Assembly (NCBI GenBank): GCA_010093605.1
Contig: MU004191.1
Coordinates: 103,397-167,396 of the forward strand
DNA from: Lophium mytilinum
Taxonomy: Eukaryota
Reading direction: 5' to 3'
Length of the DNA: 64,000 nucleotides
Both the position numbers and the translations under genes were made by a program. Numbering within the stretch: the first letter of the stretch is position 1; each line of letters starts with the position of its first letter. Positions 46,725 through 60,758 of this stretch are shown in pieces. The notes under the pieces are model-generated. The model was given only the letters and a program-made list of their open reading frames with translations, made no database searches and was not told the origin of the DNA.

Positions 46725-48302
46725 CTACTGCGCACCCGCCTCCCGTTTCGGCGACCCGGGCGCTGACCTTCGTTCCGGCCCTACCGAATGCTGATGATGA
46801 GATTGCCGTGTTTCACCTTGACTTGTCCCTTGCATGCCACTGCTGCCCTCATTTCGATGCTGCTCGTGAGCTTGATACTGTTGCTGCAGCGGATGGCCTT
46901 GGTGCTGCTGTTGATGGCTTTCTGCTCCACGCGGTGGCTGTTGCTGGCGCTGTTCTGGTCCCCCGTGCTCAGCTGGTGGCGCAATGCCCTCTGGAATTCC
47001 TTGACTCGATATCGTTGCCCGACGGCTCAGGGACCCTCCAGCATCGTACCCGCGCGTTGAGGCATCGCTACGAGCTCGTCCGTGCCCGCGTCGGGCTGGC
47101 GTGGATGCCGAAGACGAGATCTGCGAAAAGGATGGCGATGTGTACTGGGGCGTCGAGGAGGGGGGCGGGGCCTGCTGGTGGCCGCCCACCGCTTTCCGCT
47201 TCTTCGGCGAGCTGGTGTAATCTGCGTCAGAGGCATGAGAGGTTGCATGTTGATGGTGCGAGAATGAGGCGGAGTGTTTACCTGAAGGCGTGGCAGGAGC
47301 CTCTCTTCGCTCAGCGCCTCCACTTTGAGAAGTTGGTGGCACCCAGTGGTGGAAGTAGATCGAAGGCGACGACGTCTCCTGCGAGGGCTGCTGTAGTGCG
47401 TGCACGCCCAGCGGCGCTGAAGGAGGCTGCTGGATTTGCATCTCGTTGGTGGTGAGCCTGGGAAGCTGTGACTGTGCTGGCGGTCGTGGAGCTGAAGTCG
47501 GCGCACCAACATGGCCTGATGTCTGCGCTGCCCGCGCTCTGCTGTTCGGAGACAAGCTTCCGCTGGCGTACGCCGATGTCGAGAAGGCGCCATGCTGTGG
47601 TTGTGCAGCCAGCGGCTGTCCTGGTAGCACCGACGTTGCGGAGAGAACTGGCTGTGAGCCCTGTGGCGCGACGCCGTACACACCCGGTTGAGTTTGGCCG
47701 ATTAACCTCGTCTCTCGCCGCAGTTCTGGTGAGACCTGCGCCTGGACGAGGCCTTGCTGCTGCTGCTGTGCCGTCTGGAGCTGGGCCACATACTGCTGCA
47801 GCCAGTCGAGACTCATGTTGGCGAGGTTGCTGCCACTGATTCCCGCGAAGATCATGGGCACGAGATTCGGCGGGATTCCCCTTGCGAGTGACTCCTGCAG
47901 CATCGACTGCTCAATCTTGCGCTGGTCCAGCCGCAGCTCCTCCTGCCGCGTCTTCTGCTCCTCTTGCTTCCGCTTGTCCTCCTCGGCTTTGGCCACAAGC
48001 CAGTTCCGCATCGACTCCTCGGCTCCTTGCCACTGCGAGGGCGGGGCGGGCATGGAACCTAGGGATGGAGGCAAAGGCGGCGGTCCTCGGCCTGGATCTT
48101 GCATCGTCATCGCCGCAGGTGGCGGGAGGCCTCTGTGCGGCGTGCCCATGCTGGAGGGAACACTGGCCGGCAGTGATCTGAGGAGGCCGCCGGGAGGTTT
48201 TGGGGAGAATAGCGATGCGGAAGATGTAAAGGGCGGAGAGTAATCATGGGGAGTTTTAAATTCGAATTCCGACTTGGGAGGCTTAGAGAGAGTGAGCAAC
48301 AT
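46725..48302 (-). CDS. Q/P/S-rich hypothetical protein with a short coiled-coil (WQGAEESMRNWLVAKAEEDKRKQEE)
   Basis: 525-aa ORF, low-complexity, with NLS-like PKKRK. The start could instead be the downstream MGTPHRGLPPP. Confidence 0.75.
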   Translation of the reverse strand: MLLTLSKPPKSEFEFKTPHDYSPPFTSSASLFSPKPPGGLLRSLPASVPSSMGTPHRGLPPPAAMTMQDPGRGPPPLPPSLGSMPAPPSQWQGAEESMRNWLVAKAEEDKRKQEEQKTRQEELRLDQRKIEQSMLQESLARGIPPNLVPMIFAGISGSNLANMSLDWLQQYVAQLQTAQQQQQGLVQAQVSPELRRETRLIGQTQPGVYGVAPQGSQPVLSATSVLPGQPLAAQPQHGAFSTSAYASGSLSPNSRARAAQTSGHVGAPTSAPRPPAQSQLPRLTTNEMQIQQPPSAPLGVHALQQPSQETSSPSIYFHHWVPPTSQSGGAERREAPATPSGKHSASFSHHQHATSHASDADYTSSPKKRKAVGGHQQAPPPSSTPQYTSPSFSQISSSASTPARRGHGRARSDASTRGYDAGGSLSRRATISSQGIPEGIAPPAEHGGPEQRQQQPPRGAESHQQQHQGHPLQQQYQAHEQHRNEGSSGMQGTSQGETRQSHHQHSVGPERRSAPGSPKREAGAQ

Positions 48303-51300
48303 GAAGACGAAGGGAAGTGGTGGAGCACGCGGTCGACATTGACGAAAAAAATGACTGGCGGAGGTTCAACACAGTTCCTAGACGAGATGGAACGACATAC
48401 TTAAGAGAAGCCTTGCGAGCAACGTTCACCCACGGCCCAGAGCTGCAAACCGTTGCCCCCAAGGCGGGACTAACGCTGGGCTCTGGCAGGCACGGGTTAG
48501 GTGGCTGTGATTCGCGGGCCCGGACGAGGCTAGACAGCGGCGGAGAAGTCGTTACAGGCCGCTGCTGCAATGACGATCCTGCCCAGGTGTCGCGTGGTTG
48601 GTGTGGACGATCGGAGCGGGCTGGAGGGGCGAGACAGGCCGGAGAAGGTGGTGACGAGGGCACAGAGGGTGGATGGGGGTGGGAGGCCGTGGTTGGGCGG
48701 GGTGTTGAGGTATAGAAAGAAGCCAACCCCAAGCGGCAGCACTCACTTCACGCGCGTTGCCCACCACAGCGGACGACAGCCGCAAAGGCGGTGCGGGCGG
48801 CAGACGGTGGCCCTGGAGAACTCTGCGGCGTGCAGAGGGCGTCAGCAGGGCGCGGTGGAGGGTCTGACGTTGGCCTTGTCGCCGCTTCGGGCCATCTTTC
48901 CCACTGCTGGGCTGTGGCGCGGCGGACCTAGTTTTGACGTGCGTCCAAGGTTGTGCGCGCGGGTGCCGGCCAAGCGGCGGAAGACGCCTGAAGCGGCGTG
49001 CTGGCGTACATACAGTCGCCTGATGTGTCTACATGTAACATATGAAGGAGCACTGGGGCCGACGTCGATTCAACGACGCTGCGAATCGTTACCTGATGCG
49101 GGCTCGCGTAGCCTCACCAACCACTCCTCTCTGCCTCTGCGCTGACTGTCGACACCTTAGATACAGTGCAGGACACACCCAGACACGCCCGTTACTCCTC
49201 CGATATTGTGCCAGCACGCTATCTCGACGGCCATGGGAGGTGCCCCGGCCTGTGCTCCGGCCAGATCCCAGCGCCGCAGCCAGCCAGTGCTCAGCCGTTG
49301 CCAACGTCCGGCCGCACTGCTGCAGCGCGCGGGCCGTGTGGCTGACAGCTCGTGGAATTAAAGGTGCTCGACATGGGGTCGACGACACTCGCGGGCAGCG
49401 GGCCAGGGCCCTCTCCCAGCCCTCAGGGTCAACGTTCGGGACGAAGCGAGTGCAATCTCACCGCGCCAGAACAGGGCACAGCACGGATCAGGGCCCCCGT
49501 TGCGGCCGCGGCATGGTGGACCAGGAGATTGAAGGGCAGCGGCACGCTGAAAGGTCAGACAGTGGTCGAAAGCCCCCCGCGGTCGGCGAGTGAGCGTCGT
49601 CGAGCGCGTCGTGTATCAAGGCGAAACGGCAGGGCGGTGCCTGCTGGGCGTCAGGACGACGGCCGAGATTCGAGTGACTGGATGCGGATTCAGCAGCGCG
49701 TCCTCCGTCCTCGGTCGTGATGCTTGATATGCTGCCAGATGCGGAAGCACGAGGGGGACGCTGCGCGGCCTCTGCGTCTCCAACGGCGAGCCTCCCTCGC
49801 GACACGCCCAGACAGACGCTGCCTGGAAGCTGCAGGTGACACGGGCGGCCGTGTCAACCTGTCAGCCTCTTTCATAACCCTCCCGTGGATCGCGCGTCAA
49901 GTCGAACCGCATGGCGAATCGATAAGAGCAGTGATCGCCCGCGCCATATCACTTCGCTGCCAGACGTTACATGGCCCCAAGGACGGTCTGATCCACTGCT
50001 GCAACACTTGACGGAAGCCTCCGTGTGCTGGCCGGGGAGCTCAGTGCCGTGGTGCCGTGAGTGCCGTGAGGGCGATGCTGCTTCACGCACAGCAAGGCTT
50101 TCAACTCGGGTTGCGCAATCACCGAGCGCCTGGCTCCGTTTTGGGATCGACCGAGGATTTAAATTTCCGTCTGCGCCAGGGAAAGGCAGAAGAGATGAAG
50201 TCAGATCTACTTGAAACGCGTGGCGCCCCAGATCCGTCAAGGCATCGTGGAAGTCGCTTGGCTGGAAGCGTCTGGACGCCGCCCAATCCGCGATGCCTTC
50301 GTCTAAATGCTATTTCCGCTTCGGTGTTGGAGAGCAATCGGGCATAGCCTGCGCGGAAGCTTTGCTGGCGGCGGGGCGGGCCCGTGTAAGCCTGCCTTTC
50401 AAGGTTGATGTGGCAGAGGTCAGCCACCTGCACGCCGCGGAGCTGCTCCATGGTTCGTCAACGGACGGGCTCTTCAAGATGTGGCTGGGGGGCGCCTCTC
50501 TGAATGCAACATGTGAAGATGTTCCCTGGCGACGAACCATGTCATGGCGAGCTTGGTCCATCCAGAAAAGTGCATACTGTTCCTAATTCGACGCTCCGTA
50601 ACCGAGATTTTCTCCGTCGTCCCCAGCAATGACGACCGGGGAGAGAAATCTTGGAAATCTTCCAGAAGCTGGGATTGCATCTGACGCCCATTTGCTTTTT
50701 GATTGCAGCCACCAACGCAACGGTTGCGAGGTGCATCGACGCCGAGGCTTGTCAGGTTGCTGACGGAGCATGGGACATCCAAATTGGAGGAGGAGCTGGC
50801 CGACGACGTGGCTTGCGTATTCGCGGCGGCGAGCCTGAAAGAAGCTCATCGTGATGAAAGCATCACGTTGCCGTTGCCGCCAAGGTCGATTGATGCAATT
50901 GCTTCATTTCTCTTAGGCTGATGCAAAATTACGCCGGAATTTGGCCTATTGCAATCAGCGCAGACGCATGTTTGTCAGGACGGCAGGGTACGGTCAGTAG
51001 AGAACTGCAGCCAAACCATATCCTCCACGGACTATGCGTCGGGAGAGCTGATAACACGAGGCGAGGTACGTACTCCCAGGATTCGTGACCACATGGAGGT
51101 CTGCATAAGCTCAATGGTTCTGTGGTTTTGTGGAGGCGGGGCTGGAGTGAGGAGCCGAACTGCAGCTTCCTTCCTTTCTCGGCCATCAACATTCACTCAC
51201 GGGAGGCAGAATAATCACACCTCAACCGAGACTTGGAGGCAGGTTGAGGTGTGCCTTGCTGGCCTACCAGCTTCCTCAGCTGCCCTCTCCGTCATCACTG

Positions 51301-54300
51301 ACGCTCGCATTGCCCAATCCGTCGTCCACCCCGAGTCAAACCACCGCTCTCGACTGTTCTCTCACCCGCCATCACCACGACATATCGGCTCCACTGGCCG
51401 TTCCAAAGCTGCGTCTCGTCCTTCTCCCACCGCCCTCATCCACCTTCAAGCACGACTCCGCAGGACGCCGCAGTTCCCACGTGCCTTTCCCGAAGCGTCT
51501 GCCGCCACGCCGATCGTCTCGCCTTACCATGCCAGCCTTGTTGCCGATCGCACATCCCGCCGGCAACTTCTCCCCGCCGTCCCAGAATTCGCCGCCCGAT
51601 CGGCGCCCTGACTCTTCGACCCTCTTCGACCTGCCTCTAGATTCTCGGTGAGCGCGAGCGCTTCCGGTGTCCAAGGGAACTGCAGCCTATTCTCTGTTCC
51701 AGGTGACCGGCCGCCTCGTGCGCAATACTAAAGTCGTCCACACTTTAGACGAGATCGGCACTTGCGAGTCCTAAATCGACTTCCGCCCCGCTTCCTCTGC
51801 CGTTAGCTCAGCCGAGCGCAGCATCCGGTCCAGCTGCTACGCGGTGGCCTGCGCGCCGGGTCCGTAGTCGACCCAGCAGACGACGCTGGAGACGCCTCGC
51901 GGCGTGCCTTATCCGTGGTTGCGGTTCTGTCCGTCTGAGACATCGACCACCTCGCCCCGATTGCTGGAACAGATCGCATCGTATCTTATTCTGATGAGGC
52001 TGACATAGCATTCACATCTCCTTATTCGGGACAGTGCATTCGCTATGTACGTCGTATGCTGTAACTGCTGATATTGAATCAGCTTCAGGCGTCATCTCTA
52101 GATCTACACCCCCATTTCCACATTCTCCACGGGCTACCACCACGCGAGTTTATAGCCGATCATGGACCAAAACCGCGAGGATGGCATGCAAACTTCCATC
52201 GGCTTCCTCGCCCCGTGGTCTATCTCCTCACATCCTCTTGTGAAAAGAGCGCACATGACCTGCCCGATCGATGTTCGGTCCACGCCGCTCCCTGCCCATA
52301 TCCAATGCCATCTAAGATCCTCGATAAACGTTGCTGTCCAAAGAGGGAAACCGTTTTGCAGATGCAGATCTAGCCCCCGTGCAGAAAGGCCACCAATCAA
52401 CTCCACCACAGCTTCTCCGCCTCGTCTAACTGACTATCCACAATCTCCGATCTCGATCACCCAATCCCTAAACCAGCCTGGAATTCGCCACGCGGCCTTG
52501 CAGCCCGATGCATCGGTTGCTGGGTTCCTTGAAATGGGAAACTATCTGGGCCATCTTGGACGTCGCCAGCTGAATTCTTCGCCACGCGGCATTGCACCCA
52601 GAGTCCCGAAATCTCCAGTATCCAGCTCAATTTCAAGTTTTAGCAACATGGACACAATCGCAATCGCATAGTATGGATGGAACACTAATTCGGTGCTTAC
52701 ATCACCCAAGACTAATACTAATACCGCCCATGTTTAAATTACATTGACGAACTAATCCACTAGCGCAAACGCCACTTCACAACATCACGACCCACCTTCA
52801 ACTACCTTCACACCCACACCCTCATACCACTCCTCTTCAGCTCCCCAATTCCAAATCCCCCCTCTCAACTCAGCTCGGCTACAGTGAAAATCCACCAAAC
52901 ACTCTTCCACCTCACCTCAAATCTGCCTATCCACCACTCGGCAAGTCGGACTCCTCCGCTCTGCATATAAGCCATTGGTTGACCGTCGGCATACCACTTG
53001 CCGATGCCACTCTACCGCTCTTCTACTACTCCTCGGGAATAGTCGCGCGGCGGAGTCCTTACGCGTCGTGCATGCGGCGGGGTACGTGTCTCAAGTTTAC
53101 CGTACGATCAGTACAGTAGAAATTCCAAGTATAGCCCCAGGTGCATACGGTGGTTTCAGGTTATCTCATGGTTATGGCCTAGCAAGACATGGACAGCACT
53201 TCGCCATGTGCAGCCCTCAATGCGTCTCGTGGGTATAGACCGATCAGCCAAGACGGGCCTTTGCTAAGGACAGCTCTTCCATGCACCTTGAGCGCGTCTC
53301 GTGGCTATGGGCTAGTCAAACTTTCAACGCCAACCTGGGTACCTTTTCCATTCCTGCATTACTCGTAACCTTTTATCTGGTCACCATCTACGAGGTGTCA
53401 CGCAAGGGCTTGTTGTTCTTCTTTAGCTCACGGCTGGGGCCAGGTAGGTTCGCGTCTACAGTATATGCAGCCTTCGATCAAACAAGTTGCGTTGCGCTTG
53501 AAGCACTGTTTACCTCTTCTCGTCAGGGTCTTACTACTAAGATTCTACACCTAGTAACATTCCTGTATATAGGGTAAGCTGCGTTATATGTACACTCAGT
53601 CCGCTCCACCAGAAATCGGAACATCCAATCATCGATGGTGATTACGACTTTGTGAAGATTACAATTACAATTACCAGCTACCTTAATCTACCTGCCATAG
53701 TTTTCCCCACCCATCTCATCCCCGCTTCATCAAACCTCAAGAAGAGAACAAAAGAAAAGGGGGATATCCGTCGCGTATACCTGTAAAACAAAACTCTTTA
53801 CATGGTAGGTGTGGTATGTTGAAAAACAGAAAAACAACAAAAACAAGAAACGCCCAAGGGAGCCCAAAGCCATGAGTGAGCTGATATCATAAGACCTCTC
53901 TCTCCCTCGCCAAAGTTCCAAACCATCGTGGGAGAGCCGAAAAAAGAAAACAAAAGGGAACCTTAGGAATGATTGGTTAATCGCTTGCTCGCCAACCCAT
54001 CCCCTGTTGTCCCCGATTCGCAAAAGAAAGAAAAACCGTTTAACCGATCACCGCTACGATCGGCACACCACACGTGCCGCCCGCCCGGCTTTCCAGAAGA
54101 TGGGTAGAAGCCCCGAGCCGAAACTTCCACTCCCATCATCGCTCGCTTCGCATCAATGCGCTTCGATGCGCATCGCATCGATAAAACCTGCAAGCCACAG
54201 ATGAAAATCCTGCAGCCACAACTCCCCCTTCCCAGCTGAACGGCCTGCACGCACCCCCCGCGCAGTGCCCATCACGCATATTACCCCACCGCCTCTATTT

Positions 54301-54382
54301 TTGCATTAACGATACCAGGCAGCTTCCCGGGCAGCTTCCCGAACCGCTCACACCAGCATCTCGCGCTCGCTCTCGCTTTTGT

Positions 54383-57183
54383 TCAAGCTGCTGCGGCCGC
54401 ACTCACCCCCGCCCTCTTCTTCCGCATCTTCCACTCCGCCTTCGCAACGCGCATGAGCAGATCCTCGTCTTTCACCGGGATCCAGCTCGTGAGCACCTTC
54501 ATGCCGTTCTCAAAGTCCGAGTCGAGCAGCACCTCGCGCATCGCGTCGATCAGCGCGGCCGACGTCGCGTGCAGCACGTCCAGGTCACCGCTGAAGCTCG
54601 CCATGTGCTTGGGCAGGGTCGACGCTGCCCCACTACTACTCGGTGCCGGCGATTTGTGGCTGGCGTCGCCGAGCAGCATGAAGACGTCCCAGACGCGCAG
54701 TTGCGCAGGGAAGGGGATGCTGTAGTTGAAGAGGGTGAGATACCAGCGCGTGCCGTAGGCGGTGGAGGTGATGTTGAGTTCGTCCTGTTGGTAGGGTTAG
54801 CGATGGCTCGAGAAGTGTAGGCCACTCGTTCGTGCGTGACGTGTAGCTTTCGAGGGGCAGCGGGTGTGCTTCAGCCTCAGCATTGCAGGCGTGAACGAGT
54901 GGCTCTGGAGGTAGGTTTGCGGATGCAGGGGGCGAAGAGATCGGCAGGGAAGAACACGGATGGGGGTGGAGAGACGCGAGAGCTTACGAGTTTCTTGGCG
55001 ACGTCGCCGCCGTTGAGCCAGTTCTTTTCGAAGTCGTCGAGGGCTTCCATGAGGCCTTCGAAGCCGGACTCGTAGAGACGCTCTAGGCCGCGGAGCTGCC
55101 ATAGCCGTACTAGCATCACGAAGGCCTTTTCTTCGTCGTAGTAGCAGAGTAGGGTCGCGGTCAGGGCGGCCATGCCTTGGACGTAGCCGGTGTCGGGGAG
55201 GTAGAGTGACATGGCGTGGAGGACTCGGAAAAGGAGTCGTTGTCTGGGGCGTGTTAGCATCTCAAGTACACAATGGATATGTTCCTGATCTCACCCTCCT
55301 CGATATCGTCTCCGAAACATGACATGCCCACCGATAGTCCTAGGAACATCGACATCAATCTGCATGTCGTCGGCCGAACTCTCTTCTTGCAATTCATAGA
55401 AGCTCTCAATCAAGTCTTCATCCGTCGGGCTGTTCTTGTCGTTCTTTGCGCTCGCTGCTAGGAATCCATACCAGGCCGTTGACCGCCACCTATCCGGAAT
55501 GCCTTTCCACGTTCGTGATACTAACTTGGGGTCCTTCGTGTCGAATTCGAAAATCATGCCTCCGCTCTTTGCGCCTTTGGTGACCACCTTGGCCATCTTC
55601 CTCCATTTTTCTTCTCGCTCGATCTCCTTTTTCTTCATCGCTAGTGCGGCTCTCCCGCCCTCTTCTTGCTCCGCGATGTCGGCGAGCCCAGGGGGTAAAG
55701 TGAGCATATCGGCAGCTTCGTCCATCCATCTCCGATCTCGATTGTGCGGTAGCCTGTTCGCAGCGTATCTGATTGGGTTTTGCGTACTGCTAAATGAGGT
55801 GGTAGTCTTGTTAGAATATATGGATCCAGTAGGGGGCTTCAATGATCGCGGGGACTTTCGTCGGCGTGGTGGGTTCGCAGACCTGGATGAACGGGCATTC
55901 GATGGTGACCTCTTCACCGTCCGTCTCCTCCTTGGCTCCTCGGACACAATCTGCAATGCCGTTGACACCCTCTGGAGGCGTGGGGCTTCCTCCCCTGAGC
56001 CATTTGACCCTCTCGAGCTAACCTTCTTCGGTAATATGAATCCATACCGATCGACTTCGCCCCCACCGATATCTTCCCAGTCTTCTATGCCCCCTGCAGC
56101 TTCCGTAGGCTCCTTGACTATCATGCTCTCCCTCCTACTCGGCGCGAAGCTTGGCGTTCGGAGTGACAGCTGCGATCCGGTCCCAATCTGAGACGTCTTA
56201 TCCACAGTCAAGGTTGACCCATTCAAGGGTGTCTCGGATACACTCTCATCGTCAATAGCCGAATTATCCCGCCACGAGACTGGCGGCGGCTCCTCCCACT
56301 CCGGCACATTCTCATTCCCATGCTCATACATCGACCGTACCCTCCTCGACAGAGTCATCTCATCTGTAGACAACACCCTCATACTCTGCGCCACAGTCCT
56401 CAACGTAGGCCCCCGTGTGACCCTCGGCGGCGACCTCGGCGTCGGTCGCGGTGGGGACAGTGGTGTTTGCAACTGCTGCTGCCGCGGGGGCGTCTGCGGT
56501 CGCGGCGTTTCCTGCGGTTGCGAGCTCTCCAGCGGACACGTATTCTCCGCCTCCCCCTCCTTCGCCAGCCCCAGCTTCCTGTTCGCCCGCTTCCCGCCCA
56601 GCAGCATGCTCCCCCTCTTCGAAAACTCCAGCTGTGACGGGCTCGCGAAGTCCTCAAACCCACCCGACGGGATGTCCGTCTCAATGCCCTTGAACCCGCC
56701 TTCCCTGCCCATGTCGCCTCCTGATACCCCATTACTCCGCCCGTCCATACTGTTAAACCCCCTAGATCCATCCTGTATCACTATCGTAGGTAGGCTAGGT
56801 ACCCGCGGTAATCGCCCGCCCACGCCATCGAAGCTCGCTCTACTCTCCGCCGCGTCGAGGTCGCCAGCGGTCGAGTTGCTGCTGCTGGGTTGCAGGGCCG
56901 AGTCGCGCCGCACATCGTCATCCGCCAGGAGTGAGCGCTTGAAGGCAGGAGCGCGCGGGCCGGGGGAGGTTCGCGGCCGCCGGACGCTGCTAAGCCACGA
57001 GCGCGAGTTCGAGCTCTTGGAGCTGACCGTCTCCGGCGAAGAAGACGCAGGTAGCGGCGGGAGGGGCGGAGGCGACGAGGACACCGGAGAGGAGCTGTTC
57101 GCGGGTTTAGGAGGCAATAGGAGCTCGTCGGCGGCGCGAGGAGATGAGGACGCGGGCGCGTCGGCGGCGGCATCGCGACTCAT
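54383..57183 (-). CDS. TBC-domain Rab GTPase-activating protein
   Basis: KGIPDRWR, arginine finger QIDVDVPRT, glutamine finger GYVQGM, YGTRWYLTLF and LRVWDVF. Two introns (~55246-55295, ~54786-54988). Confidence 0.9.
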
Positions 57184-58220
57184 GGCGGTGGCCGGGGAGT
57201 GCCAGCGGGGGATCGCGACTCGGGGTCCAGTTTGGTGGCTTCGTGTACGGCGGTTGGGTGGATGGGAGGGCGGCGTATAGTAGGTTCTTGAAGTTTGGTC
57301 GTCAGGGTCGTGGTGTTGTCCGAGCGTGGGTAGTGCGGAGGTGTCGCAATCGCGGTCGCACCGGGGCTGGCGGTGGGGACGGACTGCGCTCAAAGGATCG
57401 TGAAGTTTTCGGGCATTGTAAGACAGTCAGAGAATTCCTCTGGTGAGGTCAATTGGGAGGAGGAGTTGTCCTGGTTGTAGCAGTTCGGATGGGAAAGGGG
57501 CGTCGTCGCCTTCTCGAAGCTTGCTCATGCTGCAGGTGAAAGGGCCCACCAAGCTGTCCAGCCAACCACGGCCCGCGAAACTTAGCCACGACGGCGATCC
57601 TGATTAGCCCCATTGGCCCCCTCCACCTGGTCTGGAAGCCGCGGCCGTTGCACGAAGCCCAAAGCGGCCTGGCAGCAGCTGCCCGTTGTGGCTGGGCATT
57701 CACTGGACAGGAGCATTTCGTAGTCATCCATGCCGTATATTCATCTCCCCCCGGTATAAACACTCCGCCGTCCCTCTCCACTCATTCACCCTCAGCTCCG
57801 CCCAGCCTCCTCGCCGCAAAAACTGCGGTATTGCAGTCACAGCTTTCTTGAAACCGGTGTCCCCCTTTCCTTGCGTCAGTATCAACCCTCTTCGAGCTAC
57901 AACTAAGACCGTCGTCCCCAAAGAAGAAGGTCCTTCAACCCTGTGCTCCTCCCGCAGCACTCGCATCAGCTCAATCGCGAGTTCAGCCTCGATCCATCTG
58001 CATGGACCTCGCCGCGGCCCAGCAATATTTATGCCCCAGTGGCTGCCCGCAAGGCCATTCAACCTCTCACGTGCCTAGTAGCACAACCACGTAATCGTGT
58101 TTGGATCAACCCCAGACCCCATACGCATACTACCCCGAATATCATATGCACGTAATCCTGTCGTCCAGCTGGCGCTATGCTCTCTCCGGCCTGTTGTGCC
58201 ACTCTGGGGCTGATAGCTGG

Positions 58221-59946
58221 TCACTCATAACTCCATCCGAATACACCAAGCCCGAATATGGCTGTTGAAACGGCTACAACATATTGTCCGATTCCCAGAC
58301 CTCCTTGCGCATCCTTCTTGAGTACGCTCCACAGCGCCGCAGCCACTAAGCTCGCGAGTAGTGTTAGACTCACGAAGATCGCGATTGCAAGTTTGTTCGG
58401 GCCTTCGTGGATGTGGACGCCCCAGCCTATTGGGCTGAAGGCTGAGCCGAGCGCTCCCAGGATGCCGTCTTGCAATTTCTTTGGCATGCGGTCCTGGAGC
58501 CGCTGTCCATCATAGTATTCAGGGTGCCGTAAGGCATGCAAGAAAATGGAAGAAGGAAGAGGGGGGTTAAGTGGGCAAGGATCGTAGTGGTAGCGGTGCG
58601 CTTTTACTTCCGTTTCTGGGGGTATCTCCTGGGAAAGGTGGCCGGCGTTGTAGCCGCGAAGATGGCGGAAGAGTTCGAACTGTGCTGAGAATCAGTTGGC
58701 GTACAGTAGGTGGACCAATCGTGGAGTACCTTGATGTAGGATATCGAGCACGGCACCTTGAGCGTGCGCTTGAGCCAATTACCACGAAGCTTATTGTACG
58801 CCGTTTGGGTGTTCTGGAAGAATATGTAGTCTTGTGCAGCATCCGTGACGTCGACTTCGGCGAAGTCATTGTGATGTGGAGCTATCTGCAACGAGAGGAA
58901 AAGAAACCTTCCATTCTGCCCTTGAGCCGCACGTTGAACCTGCGCTGCTGTAGCTTGCAGAGGAGTAGAGTGCTGGCGGGTCGGTGCCCTCGATTGGCGA
59001 GTGGCGTGTGTACTGATGATGTTCGACGAGCCTTGTGCAGGTGTTAAATCTCTAGCCAAGGATGGGTATCTTTTGAGGCACTTGGTGAGCAGAAGGTCCA
59101 TGGAAATGGCGGGTGCCTCTGAGAGTTGGTCTTACACGCGGCCCCTTTGCCTCCCAGAAGCATATGTTACGAGTTCTCGAGCACTGTCAACTTGCTGCTC
59201 AGAAAGCCCCTGGAAGTCTTCGTACAGCCGTTCATCACAGGCCTAATCTTGTCAAAAGGGTAACTCGGTCGATGTTTAGAGAACATACGCAGGTCCATTC
59301 GATCCTTTGCGCGCCCGGTGCAAGGTCTGAAATACATCTCTAAGCAGTCTTGAGTTTCTTTCTCCAACATTTGTTCGCCTATGAACATCATAGTTGCCGA
59401 GATAAGCCATGGCCAGATTCTTATCATTCCGAAAATCTCAAGTAGCGTAAAGTAGATCACGTAGATCATCAACGAAATGATTGGCAAAACTCGAATGTCC
59501 TGTGATAGCCTGTGTCTAGTAGCTCCTGGATCGTCGTGGTCGTCTGGGTAGCGAAAGGCGGGCAGAGCTGTATGCGTAGGACTGGCTCTTGGCCATCCGG
59601 GTTTCTTGAGAAAGGCTTCTTCTTCGGGCAAATGTGGTGCGCGGTTGAATGTGGGAGAATAAGGCAGCTGCTTCATCTTATACTCGTCATATTCGTCATC
59701 TTGGCCCCAATCATTTCTATCGTACATATTTGCTTTCCCTTCTACTGGTACAGCGTTTCCTTCCTCTTTACGTCGTTTCTTGAAGTCGTCCAGTTTCCGG
59801 TCCACAGATGCGTGCGGGTCGTCCACTTGTGCGCTGATCTGGTCCTCTTGGGCAGGGGTCAATTTCCATGGTTTGTAAGACTGCGGAGTAGTTAATGACA
59901 CAGCTCTCTGAGACGAGACGTAGGTCTTCAAGGAGTGGCTTGACAT
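58221..59946 (-). pseudogene. Possibly disrupted membrane-protein gene (RIEWTC / PIGWGVHIHEG-type C-terminus)
   Basis: Coherent protein-like segments with two C-terminal TM helices. There is an in-frame TAA at 59132-59134 and an apparent frame change near 59320. Confidence 0.45.
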
Positions 59947-60758
59947 GCCACTGGTGGTTCGGTCTTAGTATAGAGGGATTTGGCTATGTTCAACAAGACG
60001 TCGTGCTGATACGCTTCGGTCGAATGGTTTCCTGCTGATCGGGATAGTCGGACAAATCGCGGTAATGCTGCCGGAGCTACGCTGACCCAAAAGGTTTGAT
60101 AGAGACTCTTATGGATAACGACGAGCTATTTCGACTCTTTCACTGAATGTAGCTGCATAGAATAGAGGTTTTGAGGAGTGGTTGATGATGGAAATGTTGC
60201 CCGGTGAGACTATAACGGCCCAGAATCCGAGATCTAGCAGCTTAGATATTCTGATTGGAAGAGGACTCTGGAAGAGCAGTTGACTCTGACAAGGCTGAGA
60301 ATAGCCGCGTCGAGTATGTCAAGAGCTCAAGGCGCCTGGTCATCGCAGCCGTCGCAACATGCATGAGCACATGATCTTGCGAACTGCAAGGCGCTGGACC
60401 CCTGAAAGCGAAAAAGGATGAAGAAGTCGTGAAGGCATCGCGAGAACTTCTCCGCATCCCTGACAGCAACTCTAGCCGAGCTTCAAGGCCCCGTCGATCT
60501 CCCGCCACATCGCTCAAAGCGGGAAAGATCCAGGGGCACCAGGTTCAGCAGCAAACCTAAGCTTCCGATAAACACGAGTTCTAGCCCTCCCGTCCTAGAG
60601 ATAGGTAAAAGCCCTGCGCCCCCACCACTTGTTCAGCTCTACGACATGTTATTTCCCTTTTCCTGGGCGTGCTTCGTGTTTGTACGCGCTCCCTGATACT
60701 CTATCGCGTTGTTTGCTTCGAGTTTCCTCCCATTGGAGGTTATACGACGTTCGTTACT

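Noticed and set aside
53215..53320. Two copies of GCGTCTCGTGG.TAT ~71 bp apart
   Set aside because: Only two short diverged copies, with no further periodicity seen.
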